From the NCBI GenBank assembly GCA_002395235.1, contig DGWK01000008.1, forward strand, positions 34,174 through 98,173: a DNA stretch of 64,000 nt, given 5' to 3'. The notes beneath the pieces are model-generated. The model was not told where the DNA came from. It saw only the letters and a list, made by a program, of their open reading frames with translations, and did no database searches. Every line of letters begins with the position of its first letter. Position 1 is the stretch's first letter. The translations under genes and the position numbers were made by a program. This document shows, piece by piece, positions 9,164 to 19,214 of the stretch. Source of the DNA: Lachnospiraceae bacterium UBA4260 (lineage in GTDB: Bacteria > Bacillota > Clostridia > Lachnospirales > Lachnospiraceae).

Positions 9164-10666
9164 TCACGCCCGGATCATTTGATATCGCTCGCTGCCGAGC
9201 ACGCGGAGCATGTGCTCCATCGGCGTAATATTCCCGTTATAACTGTGCTCCATTCCACATGTCGAGGCCCCGCTCGACAAAGCTGTTCCCAGCGTATCCG
9301 CCCTAACCGGCGTCTGCATCTGCCAGCTGTTCACATTGTGGAACACAATGGCAGGCATCTGATAACCGTTCATTTCAAACTGCTCTTTGGCGTTATCATA
9401 CACTGTGCTGTTCGCGTCATGCACGCACCAGTTAAATTCCATATCCGAAAAAATATAGATCACCGACGGCAGTTCTTTCTGCTTCACGTTGAATTTCACC
9501 GCGGTTTGCAGGATCAGGTCAAAAACAGCTTCCAGATTCGTGCTTCCGCCCCACGGCAGTGTACTGATATACCTCAGTTTGTCGCGCAGGTTCGCGCCTT
9601 TGATTTCAACAAGGTGCGGCGTGCTCTCGAAGGTGATCAGGCGATTGTGGAAATATCCCCTGCACCTTTCCGCGCAGTACAGTCCCATCGACTGCGAGAT
9701 CAAAGCGGGCACCAGCGACCCCCTGCCACAATACATGGAGCCCGATGTATCAACAACGCTGATGGCATTCGCGTCAGCCACTGCTCCCGGCAGATGTTTC
9801 CACAGCAGTTCTAACGTCTCCTGCCCCTCGGGATTCGCCGAGAACTCAAAATAGTACTTGGAAAAGAAAGGCCTCAGCACTTCATACGGAAACAGCGTGC
9901 CCGCATGGATCTTCTTTTCCCCCGCGCCCACGCCGGTCAGGAACTCCTCATAGCGTTTCCCGTCCTGACGCTTGAACGCCTTGCGATACTTCAGCATCGC
10001 CTGCGCCGGCACAGCCTCGTAATTGACCTTGTCCGGCTGCTTTTTCGTCAGCTGGCACTCCGTCAGTCCGATGCGCGCCCGGAGCGCCGTCACCCGCCGC
10101 CGATACTCTTTTTTGTCCATCTCCAGTGCGCTCATCAGTCTCTGTGCATTCCTGCGTGTGCGCGGGCTGGAAGTGTTATCCGAAGGCATCCACTTTGCCA
10201 AAAGAGAGATGTGCGCATTTTCTTCTCCCCCCTTCCGGCGTTTCAGCGCATCCTCATCTTCTTCCAGCTGCTTCCTGATCATCCGGACCATCTCTGTCTG
10301 GGCCGGTGTATCCAGAAGACAAAGCAGATCGTCCCATCTTCCAAATTCAGCTATGTAAGGTACATTCTTTGCGGCAGATTCCGGCCAGACGATTGCCACG
10401 TGCCGCAGCAGTGTGCGAAAAAGCTTTCGCTCGCCCATACCGCCTCGAATATCGCGCAGATAAAAGAGCAGCTTCATCGCAAGATCCGGTTTCTCAATGT
10501 ACGCTCGTTCAAAGAGCTTAATCTGCTCCTCACGGCTGCGATACCGCATTCCGCCTGCCACGGCAAAGAAGTCCAGACATGCATCGCCGCTGCTTCCATG
10601 CGTTTTGGCTCCATTGAGCGTAAGTGTATAATCGGCTTCTTCTGCCAGCTCGTCCCAATAGTTCAT
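9164..10666 (-). CDS. DUF2828-family protein (TROVE/Ro60-like helical domain + C-terminal vWA)
   Basis: T.NGAKTH.SSGDACLDFFA, LLFYLRDIRGGMGERKLFR, FGRWDDL, LAKWMPS, vWA MIDAS VVDTSGSM, WGGSTNLEAVFDLIL, IFSDMEFN. Confidence 0.85.
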   Translation of the reverse strand: MNYWDELAEEADYTLTLNGAKTHGSSGDACLDFFAVAGGMRYRSREEQIKLFERAYIEKPDLAMKLLFYLRDIRGGMGERKLFRTLLRHVAIVWPESAAKNVPYIAEFGRWDDLLCLLDTPAQTEMVRMIRKQLEEDEDALKRRKGGEENAHISLLAKWMPSDNTSSPRTRRNAQRLMSALEMDKKEYRRRVTALRARIGLTECQLTKKQPDKVNYEAVPAQAMLKYRKAFKRQDGKRYEEFLTGVGAGEKKIHAGTLFPYEVLRPFFSKYYFEFSANPEGQETLELLWKHLPGAVADANAISVVDTSGSMYCGRGSLVPALISQSMGLYCAERCRGYFHNRLITFESTPHLVEIKGANLRDKLRYISTLPWGGSTNLEAVFDLILQTAVKFNVKQKELPSVIYIFSDMEFNWCVHDANSTVYDNAKEQFEMNGYQMPAIVFHNVNSWQMQTPVRADTLGTALSSGASTCGMEHSYNGNITPMEHMLRVLGSERYQMIRA

Positions 10667-11019
10667 CCGGTATCCTCTCTGTTTCGGAATATTTTGGCAG
10701 AGAATGGATCCCGTCGCCCGGACGCTGTACCGCTTGCAAATCCTTCTCTTGCACAGTGGTTTTTCCTCTGACAGCGCTGCTGTATGCGCCTTTATCCGGC
10801 CGGTAAACCTTTGTTCACCATCAAGCCTGTTCTCTGCCTGGCTTCTTTCTCAGAACTTTATTGTTCCCTGTCGATGATCTTATGATAGCAGAGACAATGA
10901 CCGGTTTCCCTAAACCTGTCGTTTAAGTTTGATAAGGCCGGCTTGCCGGCTACAGATTCAATGCTGCTGTCAGCGCCATAACAGCATGTCTAATTCGACG
11001 CCCCTTTGTCACAAATATC

Positions 11020-11044
11020 AAAATGTGTCACTTGATACGTCCCC
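11020..11044. repeat. Inverted copy of the 25-bp repeat at 9061-9085
   Basis: aaaatgtgtcacttgatacgtcccc is the exact reverse complement of ggggacgtatcaagtgacacatttt. Confidence 0.85.
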
Positions 11045-11107
11045 TTGACACAGATTTTATGATATGATTAGCATCGATATTTCGTAACTGACAGAAAGGA
11101 ACTGAGC

Positions 11108-12046
11108 ATGAGCAAAACAAAAGTATACATAGACGGACAGAGCGGCACTACCGGCCTCCAGATCTTTGACAGGATCGGATCCAGAGACGACCTGGAACTG
11201 ATGCGCATCGACGAGGACAAGCGCCACGACAACGAAGAGCGCCGCAAATTCCTCAATGCAGCCGACATCGTCTTTTTGTGTCTGCCTGACGCAGGCGCCA
11301 TCGAGGCCGTCTCCCTGATCGACAACCCGAATGTCCGCGTTATCGACGCTTCCACCGCGCACCGCACTGCTGACGGCTGGACCTACGGCTTTCCGGAGCT
11401 CTCCGCGGACCAGCGCGCCGCCATCGCCTCCAGCCACAGGGTCGCCAATCCCGGCTGCCACGCAACCGGCTTCATCTCCTGCGCGGCTCCCCTGATCCGC
11501 ATGGGCGTCGTCCCGGCCTCCTATCCGCTCACCTGCTTCTCCCTGACCGGCTACTCCGGCGGCGGCAAGAAGATGATCGCGAACTACGAGTCCCCCGACA
11601 AGGCGCAGTCCCTGTTCGCGCCCGGTATCTACGGCCTGACTCTGAAGCACAAGCACATCCCTGAGATGTCAAAAGTCTGCGGCCTCGAAACTCCTCCCGT
11701 TTTCCTTCCTGTTGTCGACGACTACTACAAGGGAATGGCGACTACCATCATGCTCCACAACCGCCTGTTGCCCAGCACTCCCACCGCGCAGGACATCTGC
11801 GAAAAGCTGCAGGACTACTACAAAGACGCACACTTCGTGAGCGTCATGCCCTTCGGCACAAGCGGCACAACACTTTACGCCAATGAACTCGCCGGCACAA
11901 ACCACCTCAAAATAGTGGTCTGCGGCCACGAAGACCAGACCAGCGTCACCGCCCTCTTCGACAACCTTGGCAAAGGCGCCTCCGGCGCCGCCGTCCAGAA
12001 CATGAACATCATGCTGGGCATCGATGAGGCGACAGGGTTGGAGTGA
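11108..12046 (+). CDS. argC: N-acetyl-gamma-glutamyl-phosphate reductase (short type)
   Basis: VYIDGQSGTTGLQI, IDASTAHRT, VANPGCHATG, DNLGKGASGAAVQNMNIM. Confidence 0.95.
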   Translation: MSKTKVYIDGQSGTTGLQIFDRIGSRDDLELMRIDEDKRHDNEERRKFLNAADIVFLCLPDAGAIEAVSLIDNPNVRVIDASTAHRTADGWTYGFPELSADQRAAIASSHRVANPGCHATGFISCAAPLIRMGVVPASYPLTCFSLTGYSGGGKKMIANYESPDKAQSLFAPGIYGLTLKHKHIPEMSKVCGLETPPVFLPVVDDYYKGMATTIMLHNRLLPSTPTAQDICEKLQDYYKDAHFVSVMPFGTSGTTLYANELAGTNHLKIVVCGHEDQTSVTALFDNLGKGASGAAVQNMNIMLGIDEATGLE

Positions 12047-12101
12047 TTTGTTGGGGGATTTGCAGGCCGGGCATGAATAGATTGTTGCGAGCGGATTGAT
12101 G

Positions 12102-12422
12102 ACCAACGAAAGCCAACTTTTTTCTTATTTCGTCGGACTATGCATAGCTTGTGCCGACTTCGGTGACCGACGAAAGTCGGCTTTCTTCTCATTTCGTCGG
12201 ACTATGCATAGCTTGTGCCGTGTTGTTCTGGCCTGGGGTCACCGACGAAAGTCGGCTTTTTTCTTATTTCGTCGGACTATGTATAGCTTGTGCCGACTTC
12301 GGCGTCCGACGAAAGCCGGCTTTCTTCTCATTTCGTCGGACTATGCATAGCTTGTGCCGACTTCGGCGTCCGACGAAAGCCGGCTTTCTTCTCATTTCGT
12401 CGGACTGTGCATGGCTTGTGCC
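12102..12422. repeat. Tandem array of five ~64-bp units, each with an internal palindrome (ccgacgaaa...tttcgtcgg)
   Basis: Units start at about 12102, 12166, 12241, 12306 and 12370; the 12306-to-12370 spacing is exactly 64 bp. Intergenic between convergent argC and lon. Confidence 0.9.
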
Positions 12423-12535
12423 ACTAGACGGCTACTCCAAGTGCCGCCATACCGTCAGAATCACAATAGAACACCCCAGTAACGACCAAACGGGGCAGCC
12501 ACATTTATCCAATGTGACTGCCCCGTATAACATCA

Positions 12536-14962
12536 TCAATCTATCTTCTCTTCACTTCCATCCAGAATTCCTGTCTTCTCAAGCACTTCCGTGACATCGC
12601 TGACCGGGATAATTGTAAGCTTGTCCCTGACCTCCTGCGGCACTTCGTCCAGATCATCCTCATTTTCCTTAGGGATAAATACTGTCTGAATTCCTGCCCT
12701 TGAAGCCGCCATCAGCTTCTCGGGAAGTCCTCCGATCGGAGTGACTACGCCGCGAAGGGAAACTTCGCCCGTCATGGCGATCGTCGGCGCCACCGCTCTG
12801 TCAGAAACAAGTGAAGCGAGAGCCGTCGTCATCGTGATACCTGCAGAAGGGCCATCCTTGGGCACTGCACCTTCCGGCACGTGGATATGCAAGTCGTTCT
12901 CCTCGAAGAGAGAAGCCTTATCCGGGAACATCGACTTCACAAGGCTCACCGCGATCTGCACGGATTCCTTCATGACATCGCCCAACTGTCCGGTAACGGT
13001 AAATTTGCCGCTGCCCTTGGTAAACAAAGTCTCAATGAAAAGGATTTCTCCGCCTGCAGCGGTCCAGGCAAGTCCTGTCACAATGCCGGGCTTCTTTTCT
13101 GCCAGAACGCGGTCATGCCTGACCGGCTTTGCATCGAGCATCTCGCGCAAATCTTCTTCCTTCACAACGATGGGTTCCATCTTCACTACGGCCGTCTCCG
13201 CAAGCGGCGCCGTGGCGGTCTCCGTCAACGGTTCCGCGGCAGCCCCGTCAGCCGCGCCCGCCGAAGCAACCGCCCCAGCCATCTTCGCCGCCTCCACCGC
13301 AGCCGCACCAAACCGCTTGGAAACCTCCACCGCCGCCGACCTGCACAGCGTATCCAGCCGCTTACGCAGACCGCGCACGCCGGATTCCATCGTGTAATTG
13401 TCGATGATCTTGCGGATGATGTCGTCCGAGATCACAATCTGCTCCTCGGTCACGCCCATGGCCTTCATGGCCTTGGGAAGGAGGTGCCTGCGCGCGATCT
13501 GGAATTTATCAGAGGCCGTGTATCCGTTGAAGCGGATCACTTCCATTCGGTTGAGCAGCGGCTCGGGGATCGTATCCACCGAGTTGGCCGTACAGATGAA
13601 CATGACATTGCTGAGGTCATAAGGAACATTCATGTAGTGATCCGTGAAAGTGCTGTTCTGCTCCGGATCGAGAACCTCCAGCAGTGCGGCGGCCGGATCT
13701 CCGTTGTAGGAGACGCCCAGCTTGTCCACCTCGTCCAGCACCATGACCGGATTGGAGACGCCGCTCTTCTTGATGCCGTCCATGATCCTGCCCGGCATAG
13801 CCCCGATGTAAGTTCTGCGGTGGCCGCGGATATCCGCCTCATCGCGCACGCCGCCCAGGCTCACGCGCACATATTCTCTGTGAAGGGCTTTGGCGATACT
13901 TTGCCCGATGCTTGTCTTGCCGGTGCCCGGTGCGCCGACGAATAGCAGGATCGAGCCTGCCTGCTCCTTCTTGAGATTCATGACGGCGATCTGCTGGATG
14001 ATGCGCTGCTTGACTTTGCCCAGTCCGAAGTGGTCCTCCTCGAGCACCGCCTCCGCCTCCGACAGGTCGATGTCCTGCTGCGGCTCCGTCTTCCAGGAAA
14101 GTCCCGTGACAAAATCCAGATAGTCGTAAAGCATTCCCGCTTCCGTCCCGCCGTTGTTCTCCTGTTTGAGCCGGTTCAGGACCTTGAGCGCTTCTCCTTT
14201 GGCGGTCTCGTTCATGCCCGCCTCTTCGATCTTGAGCTCGAACTTGCGGATGTCCGACACCTTCTCGGGGTGCATCTCGTCCAGCTCGCGCTGCAGAAGC
14301 TCCATCTGCTTCTTGATCGCGTTCTCTCTGTAGATCTTCTGGTAATCCTCCTGCTGCGCGCTGGCAGCCTTGGTGGTCACCTTGGAGACCTCCATGAACT
14401 CGTAGACCGCCTTCTCGAGAAGCTCAAACCGCTTCTTGTGGCTGTCCTGTGCCAAAATATCGTATTTTTCCTCGGCACTCATCTTGAACCAGATGGACAT
14501 GGCGACAGCCACTTCATTGATCGAGTGGAACTGATTGAGATAGCCCATGGCCTGTTCGCCCCACTCAAAGCCCTGCCAGCTCTCCTTCAGGTCCTCTTTG
14601 AGACGCTCGAAATGTGCCTTCTCCACGCCTTCGTCCAGATCCTCGATCTCCTCACAGCGCGAGATCGTCAGCTCGATCGTGTGGTCCGGGTTGATCCCGA
14701 TCGTGTCGAGATGGACCCTGCCCGTTGTGCGGATCTCCACATATCCTTCCGGGTTCACTTCGTTCACATAGCCCGTCACGCCGATGGGGAAGAAACTCTC
14801 CTCGGTCATATCCTTGCGGTGCTCCTCTTTTTTGCACGATAAGAGCACGACCCGGTCGTTGACCTGCGCGTAACGGCGCGCCAGGTGCCTGTACTGGTCC
14901 GACTTCAGATAGACGTTGGCGTCCGGCACCAGCAAAAGATTGTATATAGGAATTACTACCAT
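12536..14962 (-). CDS. lon: ATP-dependent Lon protease
   Basis: Walker A GAPGTGKT, RGHRRTYIGAMPGRI, LDEVDK, catalytic PKDGPSAG Ser and KLMAA Lys. Confidence 0.97.
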   Translation of the reverse strand: MVVIPIYNLLLVPDANVYLKSDQYRHLARRYAQVNDRVVLLSCKKEEHRKDMTEESFFPIGVTGYVNEVNPEGYVEIRTTGRVHLDTIGINPDHTIELTISRCEEIEDLDEGVEKAHFERLKEDLKESWQGFEWGEQAMGYLNQFHSINEVAVAMSIWFKMSAEEKYDILAQDSHKKRFELLEKAVYEFMEVSKVTTKAASAQQEDYQKIYRENAIKKQMELLQRELDEMHPEKVSDIRKFELKIEEAGMNETAKGEALKVLNRLKQENNGGTEAGMLYDYLDFVTGLSWKTEPQQDIDLSEAEAVLEEDHFGLGKVKQRIIQQIAVMNLKKEQAGSILLFVGAPGTGKTSIGQSIAKALHREYVRVSLGGVRDEADIRGHRRTYIGAMPGRIMDGIKKSGVSNPVMVLDEVDKLGVSYNGDPAAALLEVLDPEQNSTFTDHYMNVPYDLSNVMFICTANSVDTIPEPLLNRMEVIRFNGYTASDKFQIARRHLLPKAMKAMGVTEEQIVISDDIIRKIIDNYTMESGVRGLRKRLDTLCRSAAVEVSKRFGAAAVEAAKMAGAVASAGAADGAAAEPLTETATAPLAETAVVKMEPIVVKEEDLREMLDAKPVRHDRVLAEKKPGIVTGLAWTAAGGEILFIETLFTKGSGKFTVTGQLGDVMKESVQIAVSLVKSMFPDKASLFEENDLHIHVPEGAVPKDGPSAGITMTTALASLVSDRAVAPTIAMTGEVSLRGVVTPIGGLPEKLMAASRAGIQTVFIPKENEDDLDEVPQEVRDKLTIIPVSDVTEVLEKTGILDGSEEKID

Positions 14963-14986
14963 TTCTTATTAAATCCTCCTTTGTTG

Positions 14987-15013
14987 TCAGCACTCTTTGT
15001 TGTTGAGTGCTAA
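14987..15013 (-). promoter_or_regulatory. CIRCE element (HrcA operator) upstream of lon
   Basis: Minus strand reads TTAGCACTC-aacaacaaa-GAGTGCTGA, one mismatch from the consensus TTAGCACTC-N9-GAGTGCTAA, about 25 bp upstream of the lon start. Confidence 0.85.
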
Positions 15014-15053
15014 TTCCAGGGTAAAAAATTTGGCTTCACCGGGAAGCCGTTCC

Positions 15054-15112
15054 TTGACACTTGTCAATGTTTTGATATGATAGATAGTAGCATCGGCCTT
15101 GACAGTTGTCAA
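15054..15112. promoter_or_regulatory. Two TTGACA-N2-TGTCAA palindromes, probable TetR operators
   Basis: ttgacacttgtcaa (15054-15067) and ttgacagttgtcaa (15099-15112) lie between divergent lon and tetR. Confidence 0.65.
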
Positions 15113-15160
15113 GGTTGTTCATATTCTTTTTAGAATTACGTGATTGACAGAGGATATACC

Positions 15161-15703
15161 ATGTACGAAGGATGCAACAAGACTGCCATCGCCTCGCAGG
15201 CCGCGATCGCCGAAGCGCTCATAGAATTAATGAAGGATAAGCCCTATTCCCGCATCAGCGTGAGCGAGATCTGCAAGCGCGCCGGCGTCTCCCGCCAGAC
15301 CTTCTACTCTCTCTTTGCCTCCAAGGACAATGTCATCTCCTTCATTCTCGAGCGAAAATACTGCTTCCGCCCGCAGGACCACGAGTGCTGCCGTTCCTCC
15401 ATGACACTGGAGGACATTTGCCGCGCCTACAGCCAGTACATTACGGAGCGCAGAGATATGATCGTCCTCCTCGTCCGCAACGACATCCTCTACCTGCTGC
15501 AGGACAGTCTTTACAGCTCCTTCATTGAGTGCGAAGATTACTTACCCGGCTACCCCGCCCAGGACCGGGTCTATGCCGCTGATTTTCTTGCCGGCGGCCT
15601 CACGGGGATCGCGCGCAATTACGCACGCCCGGGCACAGTCACCTCGCAGCAGCATCTCGAGGAGATCCTTTACTCACTTTTCAGCGGTTCTTTCTTTCAT
15701 TAA
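15161..15703 (+). CDS. TetR/AcrR-family transcriptional regulator
   Basis: AIAEALIELMKDKPYSRISVSEICKRAGVSRQTFYSLFASKD helix-turn-helix. Confidence 0.9.
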   Translation: MYEGCNKTAIASQAAIAEALIELMKDKPYSRISVSEICKRAGVSRQTFYSLFASKDNVISFILERKYCFRPQDHECCRSSMTLEDICRAYSQYITERRDMIVLLVRNDILYLLQDSLYSSFIECEDYLPGYPAQDRVYAADFLAGGLTGIARNYARPGTVTSQQHLEEILYSLFSGSFFH

Positions 15704-15718
15704 AGGAGATACATTTTT

Positions 15719-16591
15719 ATGAACACAAATATACAGATCGACCCTGTAAAAGACGGCAAAAGACTGCTCATGGTCTGTGTCGCAGCCTTGATCATGGCGC
15801 TGAACATCCGGACCCTCGTCCACACAGGCGGCCTGATCCCCGGCGGCGCTACAGGCATGACGATCCTGATCCAACGGCTGGCGAAACTCCTGCTCTCGGT
15901 CGACCTCCCCTATACGCCGGTCAACCTTCTGCTCAACGCGGTCCCGGTCTATATCGGATTCCGCTTTATCGGGAAGAAGTTCACCCTGCTTTCCCTCGTC
16001 ATGATCATGCTCTCCGGCTTTCTCACCGACCTGATCCCAGCCTACACGCTGACCCAGGACATTCTCCTGATCAGTATTTTCGGCGGTATCGTCAACGGTT
16101 TCGCGATCAGTCTGTGCCTTCGGGCGGACGCCACCAGCGGCGGCACGGATTTTATCGCGATCTACCTCTCACAGATGCACGGCGTGGAATCCTGGAACCT
16201 GATCCTCGGATTCAATGCGGTGCTGCTCCTGATCGGCGGTTACTTTTTTGGCCCGGATAAGGCGCTCTATTCCATCATCTTTCAGTACGCCTCCACGCAG
16301 GTCCTGCATCTGATGCACAGAAACTACCAGAAAGTGACCTTCCTCATCGTCACCGACAAACCGGAGCAGATCTGCGCCGGGATCCATGACATGACCCACC
16401 ACGGCGCCACGATCTTTCACGGGGAGGGCGGTTACGGGCACAACCGGCGCAACCTGGTCTACTCCGTGATCAGCGGGAGCGATGTGCGGGGGATCAAGAA
16501 AGGCGTCCGCGAGATCGATCCTGCCGCTTTCGTCAACACCTTCAGTTCCGGAGAGATCATGGGCAACTTCTATATGCAGCCAAAAGATTGA
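15719..16591 (+). CDS. YitT-family membrane protein (DUF2179 C-terminus)
   Basis: GLIPGGATG, ADATSGGTDFIAIYL, multiple TMs, C-terminal HGATIF.GEGGY...IDPAAFV. Confidence 0.9.
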   Translation: MNTNIQIDPVKDGKRLLMVCVAALIMALNIRTLVHTGGLIPGGATGMTILIQRLAKLLLSVDLPYTPVNLLLNAVPVYIGFRFIGKKFTLLSLVMIMLSGFLTDLIPAYTLTQDILLISIFGGIVNGFAISLCLRADATSGGTDFIAIYLSQMHGVESWNLILGFNAVLLLIGGYFFGPDKALYSIIFQYASTQVLHLMHRNYQKVTFLIVTDKPEQICAGIHDMTHHGATIFHGEGGYGHNRRNLVYSVISGSDVRGIKKGVREIDPAAFVNTFSSGEIMGNFYMQPKD

Positions 16592-16641
16592 CGGCGCCGG
16601 CCTTCAATTTCTCACCTGACTTATATACTTTATCAGAAACC

Positions 16642-16680
16642 GGCCGTTCGCAATGCCTGCACTGCGAACGGCCTTTCTTG
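16642..16680 (+). terminator. Rho-independent terminator after the YitT gene
   Basis: ggccgttcgca / tgcgaacggcc stem followed by tttcttgtt. Confidence 0.65.
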
Positions 16681-16890
16681 TTGCATAATCCGTCGCAATT
16701 GTTTAGTCATTTTCAACAACTTTCGTATTCTACTATTCCCCACTTTATAAAATTTTTCCAAAAAAATTGGTTCCAGTCATTTACGGACACGTCGAAATAG
16801 CATACAATAGACTTAGATTTTTGTGGCAATGTTTACGCACGCACGTTGCCTCGAAATAACCACTGAAACTACAAATAAGGGAGGTTCTCT

Positions 16891-18018
16891 ATGAAGCAAA
16901 TTGAAATGTTAGCTATGATCCTGGCCGGTGGCCGGGGAAGCCGCCTGCTCGACCTTACCAACCACGTAGCAAAGCCGGCTGTCGCTTACGGCGGCAAATA
17001 CCGCATCGTCGATTTCCCGCTCAGCAACTGCGCGAACAGCGGCGTTGACGTAGTAGGTGTTCTGACGCAGTACGAGTCCGTGCTTCTCAACAGCTATGTT
17101 GCGAAGGGCGGTCTGTGGGGACTTGACACCAAGGACAGCGGTGTTTTCGTTCTTACACCCCGTGAAAAGGCTGACGCAGGCCTCGATGTATACCGCGGAA
17201 CAGCTGATGCTATTTCCCAGAATATCGATTTCATCGACACCTACAATCCGCAGTACCTTCTGGTTCTTTCGGGCGACCACATCTACAAGATGAACTATGA
17301 CAAGATGCTCGACTTCCACAAGGCACAGGGCGCAGCAGCTACCATTGCAGTTATGCCCGTTTCCATGAAGGAAGCATCCCGTTTCGGTATCATGATCACC
17401 GACGAGAACGACAGGATCATCGATTTCGAAGAAAAGCCCGCACATCCCCGCAGCACTCTCGCTTCCATGGGTATTTATATCTTTGATTGGCCCAAACTCC
17501 GTGAGATCCTGGTCAAGGATATGGTAGATCCCAACTCCGCACATGATTTCGGCAAGACCATCATTCCGGAACTGATGAACAACGGCGAGAAGCTCGTTGC
17601 CTTCAAGTTCGAAGGATACTGGAAGGATGTCGGAACCATCGACTCTCTGTGGGAAGCCAACATGGACCTTCTCGATGAGAATTGCGACCTCAACCTCGAC
17701 GATCCCACATGGAAGATCTATACCGAGGATGCGGTTGCTCTTCCCGCCTATATCGGCCCCAACGCTTCCATCGACCGCGCTTACATCACACAGGGCACGA
17801 GCATTGACGGAACCATCAAGAACTCCGTTATCTTCACCGGTGCCAAGGTAGGAAAGGGCGCACAGATCATCGATTCCGTCCTGATGCCCGGCGTATGTGT
17901 CGGAGATGGCGCAGTGATTACCCGCGCACTGGTTGCGGACGATGTCAAGATCAGTGCAGGCGCAGTGGTTGGCAGCGCAGACAGTGAATCGATCACGCTG
18001 CAGGCCAGCGATATTTAA
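16891..18018 (+). CDS. glgC: Glucose-1-phosphate adenylyltransferase, catalytic subunit
   Basis: [57 protein letters not shown]. Confidence 0.97.
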   Translation: MKQIEMLAMILAGGRGSRLLDLTNHVAKPAVAYGGKYRIVDFPLSNCANSGVDVVGVLTQYESVLLNSYVAKGGLWGLDTKDSGVFVLTPREKADAGLDVYRGTADAISQNIDFIDTYNPQYLLVLSGDHIYKMNYDKMLDFHKAQGAAATIAVMPVSMKEASRFGIMITDENDRIIDFEEKPAHPRSTLASMGIYIFDWPKLREILVKDMVDPNSAHDFGKTIIPELMNNGEKLVAFKFEGYWKDVGTIDSLWEANMDLLDENCDLNLDDPTWKIYTEDAVALPAYIGPNASIDRAYITQGTSIDGTIKNSVIFTGAKVGKGAQIIDSVLMPGVCVGDGAVITRALVADDVKISAGAVVGSADSESITLQASDI

Positions 18019-18032
18019 GGGGGTGCACAATA

Positions 18033-19142
18033 ATGGCTAAAGCTTTTGGTATTATCACTTCATCTGCAGAGCACAAGGTTGAAGGTCTTCAGGATTATCG
18101 TCCGATCGGCAGCTTCACCTTCCTGGGAAGATATCGTGTCATCGACTTCCCCATCTCGAACCTGAGCAACAGCGGCATTATCAACCAGCAGGTTTATATT
18201 GCCAGCAAGGCCCGCTCCATGATCGCACACATCGGAACCGGCCGTCACTACAACATCAACTCCAAGCGCGGAAGACTGCAGCTTCTTCCTCCCACAGAGG
18301 AGAAGGTGAATGATATCTACAACACCAACATCCGGGCTATGTACGATAACCTTGAGTACATCAAGAGACAGTCCCAGGAGTACGTTGTGATCGCTCCCAG
18401 CTGCATGGTCTTCAAGCAGGACTATGACGCCCTCCTTCAGGGCCACGCCGCTTCCGGCGCTGACATCACGGCTCTGTATCACACCGTTCATCATGCAAGG
18501 AACGGCTATGAGACCTGCCACATCTTCGATGTCGTCGACGGCAAGGTCAATGCGATCCGCCGCAACCACGGCGATGAGGACGTTCGCGCGATCTCCATGG
18601 AGTCCTTCGTCATGAAGAAATCCCTGCTGATCAAACTGATCAACGAGGCAAGAGCGATCTCCTCCATGTACAACCTCTCCGACGTCATCAACGCCAAGAT
18701 TGGCGATCTCGATGTCCGTGCGGTTGAACACTTCGGTTATTTCGGACCGATCACCAGCCTCAAGAGCTACTATGACGCCAACAAGCAGCTTCTGGATCCT
18801 GCAAAGGCAGCTGAGCTCTTCACACCCGACTGGCCGATCTACACAAGGACCAACGACTCCTGCCCCACTCAGTATTATGAGGAAGCTGAGGTCAAGAACT
18901 CCCTCATCTCCAACGGCTGTGAGATCCGCGGAACTGTCGAGGATTCCGTCATCGCACGCGGCGTTGTGATCGGCAAGGGCAGCGTTATCAAGGGCTGCTA
19001 CGTTGCAGCTTACACAAAAATCGGCGAGAATGTCACTCTCGAGAACCAGGTCGTTGACAAGTACGTCACCATCAATCACGAGAACACGATCGTCGCAAGC
19101 GCAGAGAATCCCGGATACATCAAGTACATGGATAATCTGTAA
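18033..19142 (+). CDS. glgD: Glucose-1-phosphate adenylyltransferase, GlgD subunit
   Basis: RPIGSFTFLGRYRVIDFPISNLSNSGI, NDSCPTQY, SLISNGCEI; immediately follows glgC. Confidence 0.92.
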   Translation: MAKAFGIITSSAEHKVEGLQDYRPIGSFTFLGRYRVIDFPISNLSNSGIINQQVYIASKARSMIAHIGTGRHYNINSKRGRLQLLPPTEEKVNDIYNTNIRAMYDNLEYIKRQSQEYVVIAPSCMVFKQDYDALLQGHAASGADITALYHTVHHARNGYETCHIFDVVDGKVNAIRRNHGDEDVRAISMESFVMKKSLLIKLINEARAISSMYNLSDVINAKIGDLDVRAVEHFGYFGPITSLKSYYDANKQLLDPAKAAELFTPDWPIYTRTNDSCPTQYYEEAEVKNSLISNGCEIRGTVEDSVIARGVVIGKGSVIKGCYVAAYTKIGENVTLENQVVDKYVTINHENTIVASAENPGYIKYMDNL

Positions 19143-19214
19143 TTGTCAGTAACCACGGCCCGGCTGAACATAGTCGGGCCGCTGTTAACCACTTACATCA
19201 AGGAGGATATAAAA

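Noticed and set aside
12102-12422. CRISPR array
   Set aside because: Units are nearly identical over about 55-64 bp with no unique spacers of constant length, and no cas genes are in the window.
13190-13320. Ala-rich insertion in Lon as a possible intein or frameshift
   Set aside because: In frame, short, low-complexity and without intein motifs; most likely a flexible loop.
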